From NCBI GenBank assembly GCA_019310485.1, contig JAFDEF010000001.1:13289-77288 (forward strand): a DNA stretch of 64,000 bases, in the 5' to 3' direction. The stretch is from Deltaproteobacteria bacterium (lineage in GTDB: Bacteria > Desulfobacterota > DSM-4660 > Desulfatiglandales > HGW-15). The notes under the pieces are model-generated. The model had not been told where the DNA came from and ran no database searches. It was given only the letters and a program-made list of their open reading frames with translations. Position numbers and translations under genes: made by a program. Below, in pieces: positions 20,997 through 29,320 of the stretch. Within the stretch, counting starts at the first letter, position 1, and every line of letters starts with the position of its first letter.

Positions 20997-22352
20997 TTGG
21001 GCATTCAGGAGAAGACAGAAATGGCTGGAAAGAAAAGCTCAAAGCAGGCAAACAGCATCAAAGTGGGTATCATCGGATTTGGAACAGTGGGTTCCGGCAC
21101 GGTTGAGGTACTCCAGAAAAACCGCGATATCATTAGGGACAGGGTCGGCTGGGAAATCACTGTCAAGAAAATCGCAGACCTGGACATTTCCTCTGACCGA
21201 GGCATATCTATTGATCCAGATCTCCTGACTACCGAGGCTATGGAGGTCATAGCTGATCCTGAAATCCAGATCGTTGTGGAACTTATAGGCGGCATAGACA
21301 AAGCCAAGGAATACATACTAAGGGCAATGGAAAAAGGCAAACACGTGGTGACTGCCAATAAAGCCTTGCTTGCCGAGCACGGGAAAGAAATTTATGAGGC
21401 CGCGGAAAAAAACGAAGTAAGCCTGGCCTTTGAAGCAAGCGTGGGAGGAGGCATTCCTGTTGTAAGATCCTTGCGGGAGGGGCTTTCTGCAAACCGAATC
21501 CATTCCATCATGGGTATCCTGAACGGAACCTCAAACTACATCCTTACACGCATGACACAAAAAGGCCTTCCATACACAAAAGCGGTTGAAGAGGCTATAG
21601 AGCATGGTTACGCTGAAGATCCCCCAACGCTGGATGTGGACGGAACCGATGCCGCCCATAAGTTGGCCATCCTCATCTCCATTGTCTTCGGGGTACCAGT
21701 AACCTTCAAAGACATCTACCGTGAAGGCATTGACCGCCTCACTCCTGAAGACATTCAGTTTGCCGGAGAGCTTGGCTACTGCCTCAAACTCCTCGCTATT
21801 GCAAGAGATCTTGGAGATGCGGTGGATGCCAGAGTGCACCCTGCCATGGTCCCATTAAACCACATTATGGCAAATGTGAACGGCGTGTACAATGCGATCT
21901 ACATGGAAGGTGACTTTGTGGGCCCTAATCTTTACTACGGCCTTGGAGCAGGGAGAAAACCTACGGGTAGTGCAGTAGTTTCAGACCTGATCTACCTTGC
22001 AAGGCAAATAAGGCAGGGGATTAAGCAGGTGATACCTCCCCTGGCACATGTTCATCCTCGAAGAGACAAAGTCCTCGTCCAGCCAGTGCAAGAGCTTATG
22101 ACCCCGTACTATTTCAGGTTTTCAGCTCTTGACAGGCCGGGGGTTCTTTCCAAGATATCAGGTATTCTGGGAGAAAACGGAATAAGCATCTCTTCGGTAA
22201 TCCAAAAAGGAAGGGATCTTAATGGCTCAGTGCCTCTCGTCATGCTGACCCATGAAGCTAAAGAAAGCAATGTTATCAACGCGCTTTCGCAGATGAACGG
22301 GCTGGAGATCCTTACAGACAAAACCATGATGATAAGGGTTGAGGCCTCGTGA
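20997..22352 (+). CDS. hom: Homoserine dehydrogenase (with C-terminal ACT domain)
   Basis: NAD fold VGIIGFGTVGSG, catalytic region GILNGTSNYILT and a C-terminal ACT domain (YYFRFSALDRPGVLSKISGIL). The ATG at 21021 (MAGKKSS) is a likelier start than the TTG at 20997. Confidence 0.9.
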   Translation: MGIQEKTEMAGKKSSKQANSIKVGIIGFGTVGSGTVEVLQKNRDIIRDRVGWEITVKKIADLDISSDRGISIDPDLLTTEAMEVIADPEIQIVVELIGGIDKAKEYILRAMEKGKHVVTANKALLAEHGKEIYEAAEKNEVSLAFEASVGGGIPVVRSLREGLSANRIHSIMGILNGTSNYILTRMTQKGLPYTKAVEEAIEHGYAEDPPTLDVDGTDAAHKLAILISIVFGVPVTFKDIYREGIDRLTPEDIQFAGELGYCLKLLAIARDLGDAVDARVHPAMVPLNHIMANVNGVYNAIYMEGDFVGPNLYYGLGAGRKPTGSAVVSDLIYLARQIRQGIKQVIPPLAHVHPRRDKVLVQPVQELMTPYYFRFSALDRPGVLSKISGILGENGISISSVIQKGRDLNGSVPLVMLTHEAKESNVINALSQMNGLEILTDKTMMIRVEAS

Positions 22353-22408
22353 CCTGCTTTTCACTCTGAATTCAGCAAGTACTATAACGAAAGTTGGATC
22401 AAACAAAC

Positions 22409-23611
22409 ATGAAATACATAATAGTGGTCGGCGATGGAATGGCCGACTACCCTCTCAGGGAACTCAACGGAAGAACTCCTCTTGAAGTTGCAAAAACCCC
22501 TTTCATGGACCGGATCGCTGGCTGCAGAATCGGACTGGCAAGAACCATCCCTGAAGGAATGGAGCCTGGCAGTGACGTAGCAAATCTTTCTCTCCTTGGT
22601 TACGATCCCCTGAAATACCATAGCGGCAGGGCCCCTCTGGAAGCGGCCGGCATGGGAATTAAGCTTGCATCCGGCCACGTGGCGTTCCGAATGAACCTTG
22701 TGACACTGGACATAAGATCAAATTCTGAAATCATTATGGTAAGTCACAGCGCGGGCGATATTTCTACTCAAGAGGCAAGCATAATTATCAGTGATTTGAG
22801 GAATTCCCTTGCGCTTCCAGGTATTAGCATTTTCCAGGGAGTGGCTTACCGACACATACTCTTATGGGAAAATGGCCCTGAAAAAGCCCTGACAGTACCG
22901 CCACACGATGTTCTGGACCAAAACATGGCCCCTTACCTGAACAACTCCACAGGGAATCCTGTTCCAGAAATCATTCGTCGCTCCTGGGATATTTTGCAAA
23001 ACCACCCTGTTAACATAAGAAGGCAAAAAGCGGGGCACAGGCAGGCAAATTCCATCTGGCTGTGGGGCCAAGGGAGCACCCCCAGACTGCCCTCGTTTGA
23101 AGATAACTATGGTCTGAGTGGCAGTGTTATTTCTGCGGTGGACCTCATAAAGGGTATTGGCATTTGCGCAGGGCTCTCGTCTATAGAGGTGGAGGGGGCG
23201 ACAGGGTATCTTGATACAAATTACCGCGGAAAAGCAGAGGCGGCACTAAGAAGTTTAAGGGAGCTTGATTTTGTTTTTCTTCACATAGAGGCTCCTGATG
23301 AAGCGGGTCACGCTGGAGATCCTTCACAAAAGATAGAAGCAATTGAAAATCTCGACAGCAAGGTCGTAGGCCCGGTAATGGAGGGCTTGGACCTTTTTGA
23401 CGATTACCGAATTATGGTAGTCAGCGATCATCTGACGCCGATCCCCAAAAAAACTCATACAGCAGACCCGACTCCTTTTGCCTGGGCCTCAAAAAAAGAG
23501 CTTAAATCCACAAACCGGGGCCCAGGGTTTTCAGAGCGATCAGCAGCGAAAAGCGGCTTGATTTTTGAAAAAGGCTACACACTAATTGACTCCTTTATTT
23601 CAGCAAAATAG
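22409..23611 (+). CDS. Cofactor-independent phosphoglycerate mutase-like metalloenzyme (apgM family; proposed non-orthologous homoserine kinase)
   Basis: Motifs MKYIIVVGDGMADYP and HIEAPDEAGHAGD, with VVSDHLTP typical of the alkaline-phosphatase-like apgM family. It follows hom directly. The track ORF starts at 22394 (TTG); ATG 22409 is preferred. Confidence 0.8.
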   Translation: MKYIIVVGDGMADYPLRELNGRTPLEVAKTPFMDRIAGCRIGLARTIPEGMEPGSDVANLSLLGYDPLKYHSGRAPLEAAGMGIKLASGHVAFRMNLVTLDIRSNSEIIMVSHSAGDISTQEASIIISDLRNSLALPGISIFQGVAYRHILLWENGPEKALTVPPHDVLDQNMAPYLNNSTGNPVPEIIRRSWDILQNHPVNIRRQKAGHRQANSIWLWGQGSTPRLPSFEDNYGLSGSVISAVDLIKGIGICAGLSSIEVEGATGYLDTNYRGKAEAALRSLRELDFVFLHIEAPDEAGHAGDPSQKIEAIENLDSKVVGPVMEGLDLFDDYRIMVVSDHLTPIPKKTHTADPTPFAWASKKELKSTNRGPGFSERSAAKSGLIFEKGYTLIDSFISAK

Positions 23612-23679
23612 CTTGACCCCCAAAGCCTCCAGTCACAATGTTGGATGCTCATGCCACCTCTTGAGAGGGGGTTAATTTC

Positions 23680-23862
23680 CAAAACCAGCCAAACAGCATC
23701 AGGGGCCAGCCCTTTGGCCTTGACATCAAAGGCCTTTTCAAATACTTTACGCCTGCCCGACGCCCCTTGGAGGTGCGTCTCAAAACCGGCTCAGCCCGAG
23801 AATTGGCAGGGGCTTACAATGCCTTGCCGCTCTGCTGTCCTGTTGTTAAGGGGCTGAACCAA
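23680..23862 (+). ncRNA. ssrS: Candidate 6S RNA (ends approximate)
   Basis: Lies in a 285-nt gap with no credible CDS. A long imperfect closing helix can form (CCAGCC/GGCTG, CAGCA/TGCTG, GGGGC/GCCTT, CCCTT-GGCC/GGCAGGGG) around a large unpaired centre. An apical hairpin is gacgcccc-ttgga-ggtgcgtc. Segments GGGGCCAGCCC and GGGGCTTACAATGCCTTGCCGC resemble E. coli 6S GGGCCAGUCCCC and GGGUUACAGCCUGCGGCGGC. A TTGACC-17-CAATGT promoter-like site sits at 23613-23641. Confidence 0.5.
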
Positions 23863-23896
23863 CAAAAAACCATACGAATTAAAGGGAGACTTAAGA

Positions 23897-24577
23897 ATGA
23901 ACATTCTTATTTTTGGACCGAATGGAAGCGGAAAAGGCACGCAGGGTGCCATTGTCAAGGACAAATATGGAATACCCCATGTTGAAAGCGGTGTGATCTT
24001 CAGGGAAAATATTGCCAAGGACACTGAGCTTGGTAAGAAAGCCAAGGAATACATTGACAAGGGTGAACTTGTCCCTGACAGCATCACTATCCCTATGATC
24101 CTCAACCGTCTCAAGGAAGATGATTGCAAAAATGGGTGGCTCCTTGACGGATTCCCGAGAAACCCGGCCCAGGCCAAAGCACTTGATGAGGCCCTCAAAA
24201 AGGAAGGAATCAGCGTTGACATTGTGATCGAGATCGTTCTTGACAGAGAGATCGCGAAAAAACGCATCATGGGGCGCCGCCTTTGTGTGAACGACAACAA
24301 CCACCCGAATAATATCTACATTGATGCCATCAAACCGAACGGTGACAAATGCAGGGTCTGTGGCGGAGAACTCAAGGTTCGCCCAGATGACCAAGACGAA
24401 GCCGCAATTGATAAGAGGCACAGCATTTACTATGACGCAAAGCAAGGCACAATGGCGGCAATCAACTATTTCAAGGAACTTTCCGCAAAGAACAATGGTA
24501 TCCCCAAAATTATCGAGCTGGACGGAAGGCCAGGTGTTAAGGAAGTCTCTGAGAAGCTCTTGAGCCAACTGGGCTAA
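23897..24577 (+). CDS. adk: Adenylate kinase (long LID variant)
   Basis: 226 aa. P-loop MNILIFGPNGSGKGTQG. The LID carries CVND-x18-CRVC. Confidence 0.95.
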   Translation: MNILIFGPNGSGKGTQGAIVKDKYGIPHVESGVIFRENIAKDTELGKKAKEYIDKGELVPDSITIPMILNRLKEDDCKNGWLLDGFPRNPAQAKALDEALKKEGISVDIVIEIVLDREIAKKRIMGRRLCVNDNNHPNNIYIDAIKPNGDKCRVCGGELKVRPDDQDEAAIDKRHSIYYDAKQGTMAAINYFKELSAKNNGIPKIIELDGRPGVKEVSEKLLSQLG

Positions 24578-24627
24578 GAGGCTGTCGGAAAGCCCGATTC
24601 TTCGGAGGCTGCGGCAGAGAGAACAAA

Positions 24628-25161
24628 ATGACTCGCGAGGAGTGGATGCGAAATGACTTCCCGGTTGGGGCAAGCCTCAAAACCATCAGGCGGGGTGAAC
24701 CCATACTTGTTGACTTTGGCACATGCTTCCACGGTTACCAGGCAGATGAAACCCGGATGTTTTCCATTGGAAAGATGCATCCCAAGTTTATAGAAGCTTA
24801 CAGAGCCTGCCGTGAAATCCATGACGAGGTCCTAGCACAGGCCCGACCCGGTGCAGATTGCGAGGACCTGTTTAGAAAAGCAGTAAGAATTGCGGAAAAG
24901 CTTGGATACAAAGACAGTTTTCTCGGGCCCACTAGGCTCCAGACGAAATTTATTGCCCACGGAATAGGCCTTGAACTCAATGAGCCTCCCTTTCTTGCGC
25001 TGGGTCATTCGTATCCTCTGGAACAAGGCATGACCTTTTCAGTTGAGCCAAAGATTGTTTTCCCTGGAGAGGGAGCTGTTGGTCTTGAGAACACCGTTTT
25101 GGTCACCCGAAACGGGGTGGAAATCCTAACGCCTCTTGAGCAGGACATATTTGTGGTATGA
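24628..25161 (+). CDS. M24 family metallopeptidase (Xaa-Pro peptidase-like), N-terminally truncated
   Basis: 177 aa covering only the C-terminal part of the pita-bread domain. All five metal ligands are retained (ILVDFG, YQADETR, AHGIGLELNE, FSVEPK, GLENTV). The N-domain and the first ~60 residues of the catalytic domain are missing, and only 50 nt separate it from adk. Confidence 0.6.
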   Translation: MTREEWMRNDFPVGASLKTIRRGEPILVDFGTCFHGYQADETRMFSIGKMHPKFIEAYRACREIHDEVLAQARPGADCEDLFRKAVRIAEKLGYKDSFLGPTRLQTKFIAHGIGLELNEPPFLALGHSYPLEQGMTFSVEPKIVFPGEGAVGLENTVLVTRNGVEILTPLEQDIFVV

Positions 25162-25266
25162 TGCCTTGCCGGCGGATCAGGGGATCAGGGCCAGGTTCTT
25201 GACATAAACACGTCCACTCCTTAAAGTTAAGTACACGCAAGTTTGCAAAAGCAGAACTAAATCACT

Positions 25267-25746
25267 GTGATGAAAGGAGGCAGGCGTCCGTTGATTGGGT
25301 ACATCCTCTGGTCCTTACTTGGCGCTTTCATTCTTTTCTGTATAGTGGGGCTGTGGTTCGCCATTCATTACTGGCTCAATCCCACCCTTGAAAACCCGGA
25401 TGGTAAGGCGCGCATTACCGGCCGTTGCGGGGATACTATTGAAATAGCCCTCAGATTTAGAAAAGACCGCTGTGTCAAGGCAACTCACTGGACAGATGGG
25501 TGTGCTTACAGCTTCAACTGTGCTGTGGCAGCAGCTGACCTGGCGCGGGGAAAAACGCCGGATGAAATTATTGAAATTGACTCCGAAACGATACAGAAGT
25601 CCATCGGGGGTCTTCCAAGGGACCAAATGCACTGTGCCGACCTGGCTGCAGAGACACTACATGCAGCTCTTGATAACTACATGCGTAATCAAATATCCAG
25701 GCGCAACGAAAACTATCGCCAACGCCTGCCCCGCACCAGCAACTAG
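25267..25746 (+). CDS. IscU/NifU-N-like Fe-S scaffold protein with N-terminal transmembrane helix
   Basis: 159 aa. Hydrophobic segment LIGYILWSLLGAFILFCIVGLWFAIHYWL, then the three scaffold cysteines in GRCGD, TDGCAYS and QMHCADLA. The start is GTG 25267 or ATG 25270. Confidence 0.7.
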   Translation: MMKGGRRPLIGYILWSLLGAFILFCIVGLWFAIHYWLNPTLENPDGKARITGRCGDTIEIALRFRKDRCVKATHWTDGCAYSFNCAVAAADLARGKTPDEIIEIDSETIQKSIGGLPRDQMHCADLAAETLHAALDNYMRNQISRRNENYRQRLPRTSN

Positions 25747-25779
25747 GAGGAACATACCGGCCACCCTGCCGGATAAAGG

Positions 25780-26850
25780 TCAGAACAGCGCTCTCTGCCT
25801 TTTATCTTCACGCAATCCCGGATCTTCGTTTTCTTCGGCCGATTGAACCCGTCCTTTCAAGAAGTAGCGTTCAAACAGGCGATTAAAGTCCGTCCAGTCC
25901 CCCTTCTGCGTATCTTTTTCAATAAAGCGTCCCAGCCCGTTTACTTTAGCATCAAGGTCATCTATCAAATGAAGTGCAAACGCTTCCAGGAATTTCGGTC
26001 TTTTCGGGGACCCGAATTCGTGCGTGCCGTGGTGGCTCAGGATAAGGTGCTCGAGCCTGAGAGAAATTTCTGTTGGAAAGTTCTTAAGGGCGCCCAGCTT
26101 TTGTTTTACCATACTAACGCCTGAGACAAGATGGCCAAGAAGCCTTCCCTCGTCCGTGTAATCTATTTGCCTTTCAAATTGCAACTCATTTACCTTTCCA
26201 ATGTCGTGCAGGAATGCTCCCGTTAGCAAGAGGTTCCTGTCAAGCTCCGGGTAATGATCAGCAACCATCCGCGCTAGTTGACACACGGAAAGGGTATGCT
26301 CCAGGAGCCCGCCAATGTAATTGTGGTGAAAGTTCTTAGCAGCAGGGGCCTTCTTAAAAAGAGACATGAAGTGGCGATCAGACAAGAACTTCTCCACCAG
26401 GGCTCTCATATGGGAGTCGGTAATCTCTCCCAGGATCTCTCTCAGCGACCCCATCATCTCGGAGATGCTTTTGGAACTCTTCTCCAGAAAAAGAGAAATG
26501 TCCGGAACCTCTTTTACGACCTTTAGGCCCGAAAGAGTCACCTGCAGTTGGCCTCGATAAGAATTGGCTCGGCCGGCAACTTCAATGACATCACCTTCAT
26601 CAAAAAGGGCGGAAAGCTCATTTGCCCTTTCCCATACCTTTCCCTCTATCTCTCCCGAACGATCTGCCAGAGTAAGGCTTAGAAAAGGGTCCCCATTCCT
26701 GGTCATACCCAATCTTTTCGTCCTGACCAGGTAGGAGCCGTAAATTTCGTCCTCCTCTCTGATTTCATTGACCCAGATGTGCGAATCAGGATTTTTTTTC
26801 AAAGCAGTACACCCATATCTTTCCGACAAGCCCCTAGCGGTCGTCCGCAC
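25780..26850 (-). CDS. OB-fold + HD-domain 3'-5' exoribonuclease (YhaM-like)
   Basis: 356 aa. N-terminal OB fold (GDPFLSLTLADRSGEIEGKVW) and an HD domain (HHNYIGGLLEHTL...FLHDIGK). Confidence 0.7.
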   Translation of the reverse strand: MRTTARGLSERYGCTALKKNPDSHIWVNEIREEDEIYGSYLVRTKRLGMTRNGDPFLSLTLADRSGEIEGKVWERANELSALFDEGDVIEVAGRANSYRGQLQVTLSGLKVVKEVPDISLFLEKSSKSISEMMGSLREILGEITDSHMRALVEKFLSDRHFMSLFKKAPAAKNFHHNYIGGLLEHTLSVCQLARMVADHYPELDRNLLLTGAFLHDIGKVNELQFERQIDYTDEGRLLGHLVSGVSMVKQKLGALKNFPTEISLRLEHLILSHHGTHEFGSPKRPKFLEAFALHLIDDLDAKVNGLGRFIEKDTQKGDWTDFNRLFERYFLKGRVQSAEENEDPGLREDKRQRALF

Positions 26851-26861
26851 TCTTCTTGGTT

Positions 26862-28151
26862 CTAATCCTCATAATCGCCTTTTGGTCCCTTCTCGACGTT
26901 GATCTTTTTGGCTTTTTCCCTGATTTTCTCCTCGGTCCATTCAGCGGGGTCTTCAATTCTGGTTGCTTTGGGGCCCAGGTCGTAGGAGCCTGCTTTCAAG
27001 ATCTCATCCATTGCAAGAGGGGCTGTGTCCCCGGCATTAAAAACATCTACCAGAAGTTCGTACACAAAGTCTTCCACCCCCTTGACCATTCTTTCACGGA
27101 TCTCCGCAGGCTGAGCAAGGAGCTTATTTTCAAAGGGAAGGTTAAGTTTCTTGTAGTTCCCCCCTTTCAATCCTTTTGATTTTGCATAGCTCACCATTTC
27201 GGCCCACAAATCATCGCTAACACCCTGGTCAGGCAACTTGACAAACTCTCCGTTTTCATCCTGAAAAGCATTTCCATACTCATTCACCCTGACCCCCCAG
27301 CTAATCATTTGGAGGGCTGTTGCCACATTCGCCTTGGTGGTATTTGTCTCCTGGGCAATCCTTCGGAGCCTCTCGGAGTTGTTCCCAGAGGTTCCATGCT
27401 GCGCACCTGACACCTTGTATTTTTCAAGAGCCTTGTGTATTTCTTTTGTCAATGGCACCTGGATCCCTGCGTCACTAGCCTCAATTCCATGGGTCGTGCC
27501 GTTATTAAGGGCAATCCAATCCGGGAAAATATCATGAGCATTCGATCCGCGGATCAAGAAGAGGGCCTCATCTACTGTTGAAAGGCCTTCCTTGCCTTTG
27601 ATTTCACCCACTTCGGTCTCGTACCCTGCCCATTTCGGGAGAAAGGGGTTGAGAGCAATATTGGCAAGAAGGTTTTCATCATCAGGAAGATGTGAGGCAT
27701 CAATGGCAATGGAGGTAATCCCTGCCTCAAACATGGAGGGAATTTCCACCTTGGCAGTCTCAAGATCCTCTGTCCCCTTTATGGCATAGTGATCAGCATG
27801 AATCGCAACGGGAACAGTTATGCCAAGCTCATTGCACACAGCATCCACCTGCCTGGCAAGATTCCAGAAATTTACAGCACAATAAGCGTTCGCCCCCCCT
27901 TCTGATTTTGCAATTTCTATGATTATGGCCGCATTTGCCCTCTGGGCTGCCCGCAGAGCGCCGCGAATTACAAAATGATTCCTTCCATTGGCGGCAATTG
28001 TCATGGCTTTGCCCTTGGCAATCATTGCCCTATCTATGGCCTTGCCGCTTACTATCAGCGCCCTGGAATAGGGAAAGAGTCGAGCCACGTTAGGCGGCCG
28101 GCCGACCTGAAGGGCTTTTTCGAAATCCGCTAGTTTAATAGAAGACATCAT
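26862..28151 (-). CDS. fba: Fructose-bisphosphate aldolase, class II (long ~430-aa form)
   Basis: 429 aa. Motifs VAIHADHYAIKG, SIAIDASHLPDDENL, ALNNGTTHG and SGAQHGTSG. Confidence 0.85.
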   Translation of the reverse strand: MMSSIKLADFEKALQVGRPPNVARLFPYSRALIVSGKAIDRAMIAKGKAMTIAANGRNHFVIRGALRAAQRANAAIIIEIAKSEGGANAYCAVNFWNLARQVDAVCNELGITVPVAIHADHYAIKGTEDLETAKVEIPSMFEAGITSIAIDASHLPDDENLLANIALNPFLPKWAGYETEVGEIKGKEGLSTVDEALFLIRGSNAHDIFPDWIALNNGTTHGIEASDAGIQVPLTKEIHKALEKYKVSGAQHGTSGNNSERLRRIAQETNTTKANVATALQMISWGVRVNEYGNAFQDENGEFVKLPDQGVSDDLWAEMVSYAKSKGLKGGNYKKLNLPFENKLLAQPAEIRERMVKGVEDFVYELLVDVFNAGDTAPLAMDEILKAGSYDLGPKATRIEDPAEWTEEKIREKAKKINVEKGPKGDYED

Positions 28152-28195
28152 AAACCTCCTGCGTAGATATTCGTTTATGAAAGAAAATTAAGGAA

Positions 28196-29248
28196 TTAAG
28201 CTCCTTGTGGTTCTACGATGACCTTGACCGATTCATGTTCAATGGGCGAGGCGACCATCATAAAAGCCTTGGTCGCTTCCTCAAGGCTGAGCCTGTGAGT
28301 GACAAGCTCTGTCACGGGCACTGCCTTTGCCCTGATCAGCTTGAGCGCTTTCATGCAATCTTTGGGACTTCCCGCATAAGTGCTCGTCAAGGTTATCTCA
28401 GTCCTCCAGAAAAGATCATTAATAGTTGCAGGTATGGTAGCCCCTTCTGAGGCTCCTGCAAAGAATAGAACCGTTCCCCCCCGTTCAACGCTCTTAAGCG
28501 CAAGGGGGATAAAGCCGTCAAAGCAAATAATGACCAAATCCGCCAGATATCCATCATTTATTTTTCTTACCCTGTCCACTATCTCTTCATTGGCTTCAAA
28601 TGTAACGTGAGCTCCAAGCTTGCCGGCCATCTCGAGTCGAAACAGGATTGTGTCAGCACCTATTACAAGTCCCGCTCCAAGAGCGCGAGCCAGCCCCACA
28701 TGAAGCAAGCCTGAAATCCCACATCCCAAAACAAGCACGGTTTGACCCGCTCTTAGCCTTGCATTTTTTTGACCTCTAAGCACACAGGCCAGGGGTTCCA
28801 TGAAGGATGCTTCCTCGTAGGACACGCTATCGGGAATCTTGAACACTCCTCTATCCACGTTTATGGCTGGAACCCTCACATATTCTGCAAAGCCCCCTGG
28901 ATCGAAATGTGTGCCCCTCAACAGGGTTTCGCACACAGTGTGGTGCCCGTTGAGGCAATAGTGACAGGTATTGCAGGGCACATGGTGAGTTGCGGCGATT
29001 CTGTCGCCTTCTCTAAACCTATCTACGCCTTCGCCCACACGAACAACATTTCCCGCCACCTCATGCCCGAGCACGAGGGGAACCTTGTCTCGCCTGTACC
29101 ATTCCATTACATCGCTGCCACATATGCCGCTTGCAATCACTTTCATGAGCAGCTCACCTGGACCTATTTGTGGAACAGGTATCTCCTGTACACGAACATC
29201 CCTGTTACTGTAATACATCAATACCCGCATGAGTTTGTCATCAGCCAT
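28196..29248 (-). CDS. Zinc-dependent MDR alcohol/polyol dehydrogenase (sorbitol/threonine dehydrogenase-like)
   Basis: 350 aa. Catalytic Zn site GICGSDV...LGHEVAGNVV, structural Zn cluster CNTCHYCLNGHHTVC and Rossmann fold VLVLGCGISG. Confidence 0.8.
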   Translation of the reverse strand: MADDKLMRVLMYYSNRDVRVQEIPVPQIGPGELLMKVIASGICGSDVMEWYRRDKVPLVLGHEVAGNVVRVGEGVDRFREGDRIAATHHVPCNTCHYCLNGHHTVCETLLRGTHFDPGGFAEYVRVPAINVDRGVFKIPDSVSYEEASFMEPLACVLRGQKNARLRAGQTVLVLGCGISGLLHVGLARALGAGLVIGADTILFRLEMAGKLGAHVTFEANEEIVDRVRKINDGYLADLVIICFDGFIPLALKSVERGGTVLFFAGASEGATIPATINDLFWRTEITLTSTYAGSPKDCMKALKLIRAKAVPVTELVTHRLSLEEATKAFMMVASPIEHESVKVIVEPQGA

Positions 29249-29320
29249 CGGAAGGCGCTCTCAATCCGGCTTCGCCCGCTTCTTCCACGGGCACCTGCCA
29301 ACCCAGGTATGGATAAAACC

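Noticed and set aside
23645-23857. 70-aa ORF in the apgM-like/adk spacer.
   Set aside because: There is no RBS, and it overlaps the region better explained as a structured 6S-like RNA.
23891-24673. Long antisense or alternate-frame ORFs in the track, e.g. 23891..24673(-), 14462..15109(-), 18788..19480(-), 481..825(-), 6619..7143(+), 28769..29332(+), 35916..36446(+) and 54771..55370(+).
   Set aside because: Each lies entirely inside a confidently assigned gene on the other strand or frame and has no recognisable motifs. They are shadow ORFs.
26862-28151. Class II FBA as part of the novel catabolic pathway.
   Set aside because: It is most simply the housekeeping glycolytic/gluconeogenic aldolase (a pfk is in the same window). 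Co-transcription with the LsrF-like gene is noted, but a pathway-specific role cannot be supported from sequence alone.
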